Shown piece by piece: positions 26,326 to 35,981 of a DNA stretch of 64,000 nt. Position 1 is the first letter of the stretch; each line of letters starts with the position of its first letter. Source of the DNA: an uncultured Anaerolineales bacterium (GTDB taxonomy: Bacteria > Chloroflexota > Anaerolineae > UBA1429); the NCBI GenBank assembly GCA_964407215.1, contig CAYOUT010000003.1, forward strand, positions 187,648 through 251,647. Direction: 5' to 3'. The notes beneath the pieces were generated by a model. That model was not told the origin of the DNA. It saw nothing but the letters and a program-made list of their open reading frames with translations, and searched no databases. The translations under genes were made by a program, and so were the position numbers.

Positions 26326-28005
26326 ATGAAGCCTATCGCCCGCTATGCTCTGGGGCTTGTAATGTTGGTGGGGCTGGTACTCTCGTTAACGTTTGGTACC
26401 CTGTGGGGCTCTCGAGATAGTGAAACGGATCAATGGGCCATCCCGCAGCGTCCTTCCGAGTTGGAGGAGGGTTCTATCGAGGCGCTATTCACCGCGCTCG
26501 AGTGGACGCAGCAGGGCGGACGATCTAGTTCCTGTGCTCGCTTGACCATTGACGAGACTCTGCGCCCGCACTATGCCCAGTGTGGGCAGGCCGGCGCCGT
26601 CGGAGCGCTATCTCCGGAAGAAATGCGAACCTATCTGATATACCTCGCGCGATACACCCCTTTCGATGAGGTCATACCAGGCGATGCCTCCATCGGTGCG
26701 AATGGCCTCGTGTTTGGGCTCCGGTTTCCCGGCCGGGGGAGCCGCCAACCCTCTTCGGAGGACCGGGCAGAGATCGCGCGTTGGGCGGCTCAGCTCTACG
26801 ATCGCCTGGCCCGAGAGCGGCGCGAGGGGGAGATCGTTGCTAGCGCGCGCACATTGTTGGCTCAGAGACTCGGCATCTCGCCCGACGACATCACCACCTA
26901 TAGCGTTGAGGCGATCACCTGGCCCAGCGCCTGCTTGGACATCCGCGTTAAGGGCATGGATTGCGCACAAGTGCGGACACCGGGATATCGCATCCTGCTT
27001 CAAGTCGATGATCTGGTCTACGAGTATCGCACAGATCTGTATGAAAAGGTGTACGGCCTCGAGACCGCCGTCAGGCTGAGGCTGCCGACGCCGCAAGCGA
27101 CGCCGCTACCGACTATCGCGACGCCCACCGCAACACCCACGACTACAGCCGCCCCCACCGCCACGGCTGTACCCACCAGCACGCCAATACAGATCACCGA
27201 GTGGCGCGGAAAGTACTATGCCAACCTCGATCTCAGCGGAGAGCCAGTTCTGGTGAGTAACGATAGCGCTGTGTCATTCGATTGGGGCCACGATGCACCC
27301 GCATATGGGCTGCCGCCGGATGGTTTCTCGGTGCGTTGGACGCGGCGCCTGCTTTTTGAGGAGGGATGGTACGACTTTCGGCTGCGCGGTGATGATGGCG
27401 TACGCTTGCGGCTCGACAGCCATGTGGTGATCGAGCGCTGGGAGGACGGTTGGTCGGACGATAGCGTCAAGCTGCATCTGTGGGCGGGGTACCACGATGT
27501 CGTGGTCGAGTTCTATGAGCATCGCGGCGTGGCAAGCGTCGACCTGCACTGGGAGGAGTTTGTTGCGCCTGCTAGTCCAACTCCAACCAGCGAGCCGACC
27601 GAAACCTTGCAGCGTGAAGCGGGTGACGAGGCTTGGACAGCGGTGTACTGGAACGAGCCAGAGCCAGAGGGGGAGCCGATTCTGACGCGGCTCGAAAGCC
27701 AGCTCGATCTGGATTGGGGCAGAGGCTCACCCGATGAAAGGGTACAGCGCGACCACTTTTCGGCTCGTTTCACTCGAGAGTTTGTTCTGCCCGAGAGACT
27801 CTACAGGCTGCGGGTACGCGCGAATGACAGGGTGCGCGTCTACGTGGACGATCAGCTGGTCATCGATGGCTGGCACGATGTCAGCCGTAAGCAGCTAACC
27901 GAGCGCTTGCGGCTGTCGGGACCACACACGTTCCGCATCGACTATGCCGAGATCACCGGCCGGGCATCGCTCTCGTTCTCGGTGGAGCGGGAGAGTAGTG
28001 AGTAA
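26326..28005 (+). CDS. Exported/membrane-anchored protein with two PA14 domains
   Basis: N-terminal hydrophobic helix, TWPSACL...CAQVRTPGY module, Pro/Thr linker, two repeats with FDWG...FSVRW...GDDGVRL..D and LDWG...FSARF...ANDRVRVYVD. Confidence 0.85.
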   Translation: MKPIARYALGLVMLVGLVLSLTFGTLWGSRDSETDQWAIPQRPSELEEGSIEALFTALEWTQQGGRSSSCARLTIDETLRPHYAQCGQAGAVGALSPEEMRTYLIYLARYTPFDEVIPGDASIGANGLVFGLRFPGRGSRQPSSEDRAEIARWAAQLYDRLARERREGEIVASARTLLAQRLGISPDDITTYSVEAITWPSACLDIRVKGMDCAQVRTPGYRILLQVDDLVYEYRTDLYEKVYGLETAVRLRLPTPQATPLPTIATPTATPTTTAAPTATAVPTSTPIQITEWRGKYYANLDLSGEPVLVSNDSAVSFDWGHDAPAYGLPPDGFSVRWTRRLLFEEGWYDFRLRGDDGVRLRLDSHVVIERWEDGWSDDSVKLHLWAGYHDVVVEFYEHRGVASVDLHWEEFVAPASPTPTSEPTETLQREAGDEAWTAVYWNEPEPEGEPILTRLESQLDLDWGRGSPDERVQRDHFSARFTREFVLPERLYRLRVRANDRVRVYVDDQLVIDGWHDVSRKQLTERLRLSGPHTFRIDYAEITGRASLSFSVERESSE

Positions 28006-28122
28006 CGCGGTTGCGCGCCCGCCAGCGCTACGCTGAGAATAAGAGAGCGTCTCAACAAAGCGCAAGCTGTAACCCCCGCTCTGACGGGCGTTCGACTCGC
28101 TCACAGCCAGCCGGGCCCTGTT

Positions 28123-28812
28123 TTAGACCGGCTCTATCAGGATGTCGTCCCCCAGCATGCCGGCATAGGCCCCCTGAGCCACAAGCTCCGTGGCGCCTGG
28201 GTGCACTATAAGCCATTTGTTCACGGCAAAGAGCAGCTTGCTCTCTCCTACACGAGGCGCTGCAAAGGGGAGCGGTTCATTTGTGCCCCGGGGCAAATAG
28301 ACCAACGCGGCAAAGCTGCCGCCCTTGCGCACATGGATCGGCGCAAAGTGCAGGTTCCAGGGAAAGAACTCTACAACGCTTCCCGCCGGCGCATAGAACG
28401 CGGCCACTTGCTCCGTGTCGTAGCGTATCTCCTCACCGTATACCACGTCCTGTACATCGCCCACCAGCAGGATCAGGTCACTCAGACAGACGTTCACCTC
28501 GCTGCCTTTGTGGTACTCCAAGCCGGACATTTGCAGGTTCTGGCCGTAACACCAGCCAACCTGTACGGGCATGCCTCCGAACACCTCCTGCGTAATGGCC
28601 GTCAGGAAACAGCTCTTTTCCTCCAAAGGGGGGATAGAAGGCTCATAGACTACGCCTTCTGAAGATGGTAGGAGCATTTTCGCTTGCGCGATCACTGCGC
28701 TGGCGTCGTAACGTGTCAACAACCTGCCGTACCGACGAAACGCGTCCGCTTCGACGGAGAGCAGATCGAGATGGGGATTCGCGCCCTGTAATGTGCGCAG
28801 AATGTCGTCCAT
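28123..28812 (-). CDS. DUF4867 family protein (cupin-like)
   Basis: Start MDDILRT (ATG 28812); FRRYGR, QVGWCYGQN..M.GLEYHKGSE, LHFAP, LFAVNKWLIVH. Confidence 0.8.
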   Translation of the reverse strand: MDDILRTLQGANPHLDLLSVEADAFRRYGRLLTRYDASAVIAQAKMLLPSSEGVVYEPSIPPLEEKSCFLTAITQEVFGGMPVQVGWCYGQNLQMSGLEYHKGSEVNVCLSDLILLVGDVQDVVYGEEIRYDTEQVAAFYAPAGSVVEFFPWNLHFAPIHVRKGGSFAALVYLPRGTNEPLPFAAPRVGESKLLFAVNKWLIVHPGATELVAQGAYAGMLGDDILIEPV

Positions 28813-28995
28813 GGTTCTCCTTGAGATAGCTCGACTGAGGCTCTGTTTTGATGACGATCGGATAATGTGCCCTCGGATACGGCTAGGATCCCATTGTAAC
28901 GTACCGTGACCGCGCACGCCAACGAGAAGAGAGACGGGCGCTAACCCCCGCTGCTGCTCGGAAGAAATGTGCTCGGCAAGGATGGCAGAGGGGAT

Positions 28996-29024
28996 TCGAC
29001 ACTTGTGACCCCCGAGCGTATAAT
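28996..29024 (+). promoter_or_regulatory. Sigma70-type promoter for the GNAT-fusion operon
   Basis: TCGACA-N17-TATAAT. Confidence 0.6.
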
Positions 29025-29094
29025 CGTCAACCTATGCGGCTGCCCCGCACATCAGGGGGCGCCGCCATTCTCAGCAGCGTACTGGAGTAACACC

Positions 29095-32000
29095 ATGTCC
29101 GATGTCGTCATACGCCCCCTTGATATAGATAGAGACGCTGCCCGTCTCGCTGCTATGTGGAACGATAGCGACGAGGAGTGGCCGAATAGTTTTGCGAGCG
29201 GCGTACCCATTACGGAGGAGATGATCCGCGAGTGGGACCAAGAGGATCGCATGCTGGTGGTCTTTGTGGCCGAGGTTGACGGCGAGATCGCCGGCTATTG
29301 CAGCTTTATGGGCGATCACCATGGACTCAAAAACGAGGGCTATGTGGGTTTGCTCAACGTCAGCCCAAAGTATCAGAAGCGGAGCATCGGGCGCCGCCTG
29401 ATTCAGGCTACCATCGAACGCTCGGTGCAGGAAGGATGGCGCCGGCAGACGCTGACTACTTGGTCAGCCAACCTTAAAGCTGTGCCCACCTATAAAAAGA
29501 CGGGCCATTTCTGGAAGCCCGACAGCTCAGTATGGATGGAGAACTATATCCCTGGGGCGCTTCAGTTGCCTCTCACCAAACCTTTTTTCGAACGCCACGA
29601 CTGGTATCGTACTATGGTACGCGACCTTGCGCAGCGCGAGGATGAGGAGGTCTGGGAGGGGCTCAAGGTTTACACGGAGCGTTGGGAAGCTGGCGATGAG
29701 GCGCTCATTATCCGCATCGACCGCGAGGCGCGCGCGCCGGTGGCTGTGGATACCGATACTGTGATGGTCGCGGTGATCGCTGACGAGATCGAGCCGTTGG
29801 CCGGCAGCAAGGTGACACTGCATTGGAGAGTAACCAACAAAGGCACTGAGACTATACAGATACACCTTCATGCTCTCGGAGACAAAGGACTGAGCATAGA
29901 CCATCGAGATGCTTGGAGTGTGCCCGCTGGGACGACCGTTGAGCGGACGGCGCAGGTCGAAGTTGCGGAGGATGCGCCCCGGAGCAAAGAGGATGGCTCG
30001 GCGCCCGCGGTGCGCTCGCTTTTGCGCGTGGACGATAGAGAGGTAGAACTCTTTGTGGGGTTGCGCGCGCGGAAGGCGATCAGCTTGGATACGGCGCCCG
30101 CCGCTATTACGGTGACGCCCGGAGTGCCCCAGTGTGTGAATCTCCAGTTGCACAGTGAGCTCGACAAGGCGCAGGGAGCTACGCTGTGGCTGACCCCTCC
30201 GGAGGGACTGACGCTCGACTGGACCCGACACGATGTAGAGATCTCTGCCAAGGCACACCTGAGCCTGCCACTGACCGTTGAGGCTGCGCGCGATGGCGTT
30301 TTCGCTCTGCCCGTGCGGGTGACATTCGATAATTCGAGTGCAAAGCCTCTCACGGAGGACCTGACAGTGTTCAGCCTGCCTATGGGCGGCCTGCTGGCGC
30401 ATCAGCAGGGCGACTCGGTACGGCTGGAAACGGATACACTGCGGATCACCGCATTGGCCAAGAACGGCAGTATTCGGGTGGAGCACAAAGCCGGCCGGTA
30501 CGAGATGGCCGTATTGGCGCCGCGTCTTGGACCTCCGTTCTATCCCTCAGAGTTCGAGGGCCAAACTTTCGACATGAGCCTCGAGACAAGTTCGGGATGT
30601 GCCATCGTGCACATGGCGGCTGAGGCCAAGAGCTATCGGGGGCTGTATTTGCATCAGGCTTTTTGTCTGTCTGTGGGCGGGATCGCTACAGTGGAGCATA
30701 TACTGGAGAATCGTGGCAACCAAGCTTATACTGTGCGCCCACGGCTCTGGGCTCGAAGCGGTGATTCGGAGCGAGAGGACTTGGTGTTGCCGCTGCGAGA
30801 GGGTTTGCTGAGGAGCCCCTCCAGCTCGCACGCGCTGGCCTGGTTGGATGTGCCGCGTAACCCGAGAGAGTATGCCGAACCCTGGATCGCTTGGACGCGA
30901 GAGCGAAGCACGGTGGGGCTCGCTTGGCCCGCAGCCGCGATGCGTATTTCTGTAGAGTGGAACGCGGCCATCGATATGGCAGAGGTCACCCTTGAGCCCG
31001 GACAGCGCTCGATCCCCACTCGTACTGCTGTGTACTTGGGAGAGGGTGACTGGCGCACGGCGCGTGCGGCTCTACAGCGGGCGATGGGATTTGCTGCCGC
31101 TCTCGAAGAGCCGTTTGATGAGCGCCCCGCTGCTTTGGCCGAGATGTGTCCTCGGATCATCGCGACGACGCGCCAACGCGTTGCGGCGCATCTGAGGGCC
31201 AGCAACGCAGCCAATCGCGCTTATGACGGCGAAGTGGCGGTGTGTCTGCCCGAGGGCTGTAACTCACAACCACAGACTCTGCCGATATACAATCTGAATC
31301 ACAGCCACCCTTGTGAACGGGAGATAGAGCTGACGCTGCCGGACGATCGGCTGGGAGTCTATACGGGGCAAGTGCGCCTTACACTGTGTCATGCAGAGGA
31401 GGAGCGTCCCTTTCACGTGTTGCGGCTGGGGACGGAGGCACCGGTCTATATTGAGGAGGGTATTCAGCATGGGCAGCCGGTGTGGACGCTGGAGAACGGG
31501 TCGAGCAGCTTCCAAGTGGCCCCAGCCTTTTGTGGGAGTGTGATCGCCTGGATGCGGGCTGGCGAGAACCAACTCGCCAGCTCTTTCCCAGATCCCGAGA
31601 GCTTTGGCTGGAGCTATCCCGTTTTCGGCGGCGTACAGCCGTGGCTCATATACCCAGGCACGGACGCTTGGGAGGGCTACTTGCACCGCGAGCCCATGCG
31701 AGCGGAAGAGCTGGAAGAACGTGACGCGCAGGGGCTCCCTTGGCGTGGTGTGCGGCTCAGCACTCGTCCCAAAAAGAAAGAACTCTCCGATCTGTTCGTC
31801 GAGTTGGACTATCTCACCCTGGGCTCTGCGGATATACTCAAGCTTGTCTATCGCATCCGAAACTTGCGCGGTACGGAGCAGAGCGCCCATGTGGGTTATC
31901 GTGTCATGGGTAGCTTGGGAGCCGGGCCTGCCGGCCTTACTCTGCGCGGCGAGGGATACGTGCGCAGGCCGAGCATAGTAGCCGCTTCAGTGGGCGGCAG

Positions 32001-32238
32001 GAGATGGGGGGCGCTCACTAACGACGCCAACGGCAAGACGATGTTGTTGGTGGCGCGTGGCCCTCACGTGACGCTGCACGATGGCGGACGGCACGGCCGC
32101 AGGCTGATCGTCAGCGATGAAGCCAGGTTGGCAGGTGGCGAGACGCGTGAGTATGTGCAGTATCTGGTCGCGGCAGAGTCTCTTGAGGCCGCATTGAGCT
32201 ACGTGATACTCCAGGACTATCAGGATTCATGTGAGTAG
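29095..32238 (+). CDS. Large protein (1047 aa) with N-terminal GNAT acetyltransferase domain and about 880 aa of uncharacterised beta-rich domains
   Basis: Start MSDVVIRP; GNAT motif A LLNVSPKYQKRSIGRRL, motif B NLKAVPTYKKTG; remainder not recognised. Confidence 0.75.
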   Translation: MSDVVIRPLDIDRDAARLAAMWNDSDEEWPNSFASGVPITEEMIREWDQEDRMLVVFVAEVDGEIAGYCSFMGDHHGLKNEGYVGLLNVSPKYQKRSIGRRLIQATIERSVQEGWRRQTLTTWSANLKAVPTYKKTGHFWKPDSSVWMENYIPGALQLPLTKPFFERHDWYRTMVRDLAQREDEEVWEGLKVYTERWEAGDEALIIRIDREARAPVAVDTDTVMVAVIADEIEPLAGSKVTLHWRVTNKGTETIQIHLHALGDKGLSIDHRDAWSVPAGTTVERTAQVEVAEDAPRSKEDGSAPAVRSLLRVDDREVELFVGLRARKAISLDTAPAAITVTPGVPQCVNLQLHSELDKAQGATLWLTPPEGLTLDWTRHDVEISAKAHLSLPLTVEAARDGVFALPVRVTFDNSSAKPLTEDLTVFSLPMGGLLAHQQGDSVRLETDTLRITALAKNGSIRVEHKAGRYEMAVLAPRLGPPFYPSEFEGQTFDMSLETSSGCAIVHMAAEAKSYRGLYLHQAFCLSVGGIATVEHILENRGNQAYTVRPRLWARSGDSEREDLVLPLREGLLRSPSSSHALAWLDVPRNPREYAEPWIAWTRERSTVGLAWPAAAMRISVEWNAAIDMAEVTLEPGQRSIPTRTAVYLGEGDWRTARAALQRAMGFAAALEEPFDERPAALAEMCPRIIATTRQRVAAHLRASNAANRAYDGEVAVCLPEGCNSQPQTLPIYNLNHSHPCEREIELTLPDDRLGVYTGQVRLTLCHAEEERPFHVLRLGTEAPVYIEEGIQHGQPVWTLENGSSSFQVAPAFCGSVIAWMRAGENQLASSFPDPESFGWSYPVFGGVQPWLIYPGTDAWEGYLHREPMRAEELEERDAQGLPWRGVRLSTRPKKKELSDLFVELDYLTLGSADILKLVYRIRNLRGTEQSAHVGYRVMGSLGAGPAGLTLRGEGYVRRPSIVAASVGGRRWGALTNDANGKTMLLVARGPHVTLHDGGRHGRRLIVSDEARLAGGETREYVQYLVAAESLEAALSYVILQDYQDSCE

Positions 32239-32322
32239 ACGGTGTGCTGTCCACAGGATGGCCCCGCCCATCGATATCTCTTAGGCCGGCGTGAGAGATC
32301 GACGCCATACAAGGAGGCCAAA

Positions 32323-33396
32323 ATGAATCTCCGCATTCCCGGCCCGACGCCGCTACCACCCGATGTGATGGCGGCTGTGGGTCAACAGATGATCAACCAC
32401 CGAGGGCCAGAGTTCGAGGCCCTGTTCCACGATGTGAGCGAGTGGTTGAAGGTTTTCTTTGAGACAGACAATGACGTTTACATCCTCACTGCGTCGGGGA
32501 CGGGCGGCATGGAAGCCGCTATCGTCAACACTCTGTCACCCGGCGATCGAGTGTTGGCTGCTACTGTCGGTGTTTTCGGGCAGCGTTTCGCCAAGATCGC
32601 TGAGGCTTACGGGGCCGACGTGACCCGACTCGAGTTCCCGTTGGGAAGCGCTGCGGATCCCCAAGTGGTCGCCGCCAAGATCGCAGAGGACGGGCCGTAC
32701 GCAGCCGTCTTGCTTACGCAGAACGAGACATCTAGCGGCGTAATCAACGATGTCGAGGCGCTCGCTGCGACTATCCGTAGCAACGATCCAGCGGCACTCA
32801 TTTTGGTCGATGGGATCAGCGGCTTGGGAGCGATTCGTCTGCGTATGGACGCTTGGGGTGTTGACGTGGTAGTGGCTGGGTCACAGAAGGCATGGATGAC
32901 ACCGCCTGGGTTGGCTATGGTCAGTATGAGCCCCCGGGCATGGGAGGCCTACGGGCGAGCCAAGATGCCCCGCTTCTACTTTGACCTGGGCGATGCGAGA
33001 AAATACGCCCAGCGCAACCAAACACCTGCCACGCCCAACGTGCCCGCCCTTTATGGGTTGCACGTTAGCCTGAAGCAGATGATAGACGAAGGGCTGGAAG
33101 CTGTTGTCGCTCGCCACGAGCGGATTGGGGCGTACTGCCGCCAGGGGATGTTGAAGCTGGGCTTGGGCCTGTTCGCTGACCCGGCGCACTATTCCAATAC
33201 GGTGACGGCTGCCACGTTACCCGAGGGCGCTAGAGCCGCTGATGTGTTGGATGCGTTGCGAGTGGACTATGACATCATTGTCGGCTCGAGCAAGGCACCG
33301 GGGCTGGAAGTGATTCGTATCGGGCATATGGGGTATATCAGCGAGGCCGATCTGGATCAGGTGTTTGACGCATTGGCCGAGATTCTCAGCAAGTAG
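32323..33396 (+). CDS. Class V PLP aminotransferase (alanine-glyoxylate / serine-pyruvate family)
   Basis: RIPGPTP, HRGPEF, SGTGGMEAA, NETSSG, VDGIS, GSQKAW (PLP Lys), RIGHMG. Confidence 0.92.
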   Translation: MNLRIPGPTPLPPDVMAAVGQQMINHRGPEFEALFHDVSEWLKVFFETDNDVYILTASGTGGMEAAIVNTLSPGDRVLAATVGVFGQRFAKIAEAYGADVTRLEFPLGSAADPQVVAAKIAEDGPYAAVLLTQNETSSGVINDVEALAATIRSNDPAALILVDGISGLGAIRLRMDAWGVDVVVAGSQKAWMTPPGLAMVSMSPRAWEAYGRAKMPRFYFDLGDARKYAQRNQTPATPNVPALYGLHVSLKQMIDEGLEAVVARHERIGAYCRQGMLKLGLGLFADPAHYSNTVTAATLPEGARAADVLDALRVDYDIIVGSSKAPGLEVIRIGHMGYISEADLDQVFDALAEILSK

Positions 33397-33482
33397 CGCC
33401 GGGTTGCGCGATGTTGCGTCGTGGCGGGTGGCGCTTTTGGCTAACCGCCTTTGGAGCCGCTATGCGGCTATAGGAGCCAAGC

Positions 33483-35168
33483 GTGTCCGAGGTTAGCCTG
33501 AGTGGTACAACGGATCCGCTCGCGGAAGCGGGCGGGTCCTCAGATATGGCCCCGCTCTCGCACGTTGGCCCCTCCGCAGACTCTGCCTCCGCCACACTCA
33601 ACGGAAGCGCCTCGGGAGAGATCGCGCGCGCTGCCGGGGTGAACTCGCTCGGCAATGTGGCCAGCCGCCTGTTGGGCCTGGTGCGCGAGACGGTGGTAGC
33701 GGGCATGTTTGGCGTGAGCGGTGCTACCGCTGCTTTTGATGCCATCAGCAGCGTGCCCAAGATGGTCTACGAGCTGCTCATTGGAGGCATGCTGAGCGCG
33801 GCTCTGGTGCCGGTGCTCAGTGAGTACGCTACCGAGGAGCGCCAAGATGAGCTGGAGCAGGTGCTCTCGGTGCTGCTCAGCCTGGCGGCCGTTACGCTGG
33901 TCGTCGTAGTCATTCTGTTGGAACTGGGAGCCCATTGGGTGGCGCCAGTACTGGTGGGCGGGTTCGATGACGAGTTGTTGGCGCTCGCTACACGGTTGAC
34001 GCGCCTCATCGTGCCCTCCATTCTGATTTACGGCATCTCGGGCATCTTGCAGGCTTATCACTATGCCCGAAAGCGTTTCGTCTACCCCTCCATGGGGGCG
34101 CCGGCCCACAACTTGGGACTTATCGTCGGCGTGTTGCTTTTGGCGCGCAAGCTCGATGTCGACAGCTTGAGCATCGCGATCCTCATTGCAGCCTCGGCGC
34201 AGTTGCTTTTACAGCTTCCGGGGCTGCGTACGGTGCGCCTTCGGTTTCGGCTCGATTGGCGACATCCTGTGGTGCGGCGGATTCTGCAGCTCTATGCCCC
34301 CGTAGTGCTGAGCATCGTGGTGGCCAATATCGGGGTCATTATCGATCGTAATCTGGCCTCTCGCACCGCGGAGCAGGCCATCACTTGGATGAACAAAGCC
34401 ACCTTTCTGATCCAGCTTCCCCTGGGCCTCGTCTCTATGGCCATCTCGCTGGCTGTGCTTCCCACCCTCTCGCAGATAGACGCTGTAGCGGAACTGGATC
34501 GCTTCAAGCGCACCTTCTGCTCCGCTTTGCGGCTGGTGTTGGTGGTGATCATCCCCGCAGGAGTGATGCTGGTGACGCTGGGGCGGCCGGGCATCGAGTT
34601 GTTCCTGGAGCATGGCCGCTTCACTCCGGAGGATACGCAGCGTACCTGGCAGGCTCTGCTGCTCTATCTGCCGGGAATGCCCTTCGCGGCCATCGACCTG
34701 CCGCTGGTTTTCGCCTTTTATGCGCAAAAGGATACCGTGACGCCGGTGATGGTGGGGATCATTACCGTGTTGATCTATGTGCTTGTTGGGAGTCTGTTGG
34801 CTTTCGGGCTCGGCATGGGCTACCTTGGGCTGGTCTTGGGCAATTCGGTGCAACTTGCCAGCCACGCCATCATCATGCTGGTGCTCTTTTGCAGGCGCTT
34901 TCGGGGTATGGGGGGGTACGGTGTAGCAGAGGCCACGGCCAAGGCATTGGCTGCGTCTGCAGGGATTGTCGTGTTGGGCTACGGAACCTACCGGCTAATC
35001 GAGCTGCTGGCGCTGCCGCAAAGTTTCCTAGTGCGCCTGGTAACCTTGGGGCTGTGTTCGGGCCTGTCGGGTTTGGGATACTTGGGTCTCTCGCGGTTCT
35101 TGCGGGTAGAGGAGCTGGAGCAACTCACGCTGGCCATCAAGCGGCGCTTCTCCCAACGCCCGATGTGA
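33483..35168 (+). CDS. murJ: Lipid II flippase MurJ (MviN)
   Basis: SRLLGLVRE, GGMLSAALVPV, QLPLGLVSMAISLAVLPTLS, FYAQKDTVTPV. Confidence 0.93.
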   Translation: MSEVSLSGTTDPLAEAGGSSDMAPLSHVGPSADSASATLNGSASGEIARAAGVNSLGNVASRLLGLVRETVVAGMFGVSGATAAFDAISSVPKMVYELLIGGMLSAALVPVLSEYATEERQDELEQVLSVLLSLAAVTLVVVVILLELGAHWVAPVLVGGFDDELLALATRLTRLIVPSILIYGISGILQAYHYARKRFVYPSMGAPAHNLGLIVGVLLLARKLDVDSLSIAILIAASAQLLLQLPGLRTVRLRFRLDWRHPVVRRILQLYAPVVLSIVVANIGVIIDRNLASRTAEQAITWMNKATFLIQLPLGLVSMAISLAVLPTLSQIDAVAELDRFKRTFCSALRLVLVVIIPAGVMLVTLGRPGIELFLEHGRFTPEDTQRTWQALLLYLPGMPFAAIDLPLVFAFYAQKDTVTPVMVGIITVLIYVLVGSLLAFGLGMGYLGLVLGNSVQLASHAIIMLVLFCRRFRGMGGYGVAEATAKALAASAGIVVLGYGTYRLIELLALPQSFLVRLVTLGLCSGLSGLGYLGLSRFLRVEELEQLTLAIKRRFSQRPM

Positions 35169-35180
35169 GCGTGGCTCTCA

Positions 35181-35741
35181 CTACTTGCTGAGAGGGCGCA
35201 CAGCCTTATAGGATTCTATGTAGGCGATAGCGGCTTCGGGAGTATCCGCTTCGTAGTAGAGCGAGCGGAGACTTGGCTTGGCAAACCGCCCGTTGAAAAT
35301 GCGCTCCAACTGGCCCAGGAGTGGCGTATAGAATGCCGACACGTTGAGCAACACAACAGCGCCTTCCAGATAGTGGAGTTGCTTGAGCGAGAGAACTTGT
35401 GATAGCTCCTCTAGGGTGCCGAGTCCGCCGGGCAGCGCAATAAAGGCATCAGCCAGACTCTCCATCAACGTTTTGCGTTCCGCTATGATCTCTGTCAGGA
35501 TTATCTCGTCCGCCTCGCGATACATCAGCCCCGATTCTGCCAGGCTCCGCGTGATAACACCCACCACTCGCCCGCCCTCACGCTTGGCGGCATCAGCGAC
35601 AATGCCCATGAGCCCGAGGCGCGTGCCACCGTAGATCAGCTCGTGGCCTCGCTCGGCGATGAGCTTCCCCAACGCTCGTGCACTCGTGGTATACAAAGCA
35701 TCGATCTCGGAGCTGGATGAGCAAAAGACACAGACTCTCAC
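35181..35741 (-). CDS. LOG family protein (TIGR00730-type nucleotide phosphoribohydrolase)
   Basis: GTG start at VRVCVFCSSS; IYGG...GLMG, RK..M, LPGGLGTLEEL (PGGxGTxxE). Confidence 0.88.
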   Translation of the reverse strand: MRVCVFCSSSSEIDALYTTSARALGKLIAERGHELIYGGTRLGLMGIVADAAKREGGRVVGVITRSLAESGLMYREADEIILTEIIAERKTLMESLADAFIALPGGLGTLEELSQVLSLKQLHYLEGAVVLLNVSAFYTPLLGQLERIFNGRFAKPSLRSLYYEADTPEAAIAYIESYKAVRPLSK

Positions 35742-35981
35742 AAGGCGCGATCCTTTGTGACGATAGCCGGGCTCTTTGCCAGCCCGGCTCTGTGGCGAGG
35801 TCGCAGAATCACCGAACGTAGCGCCTCGATTGTATATCGAGTACGCTAGGATAGCGGGCACAGTCTGCTCAAGGGGGCTCTCTACCCACACAGATAGTCT
35901 GGTGGTCGCCGGCGCCGATTCTCGGATCGGCCCGGCGACGGACACCCCTTTTCCTACTGGTGGCTTTACATCTCTGACGGG

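Noticed and set aside
28086-28112. tRNA gene
   Set aside because: Only a T-arm and a possible acceptor 3' strand are present; there is no D arm, anticodon arm or 5' acceptor strand at the right distance. Kept only as a low-interest element.
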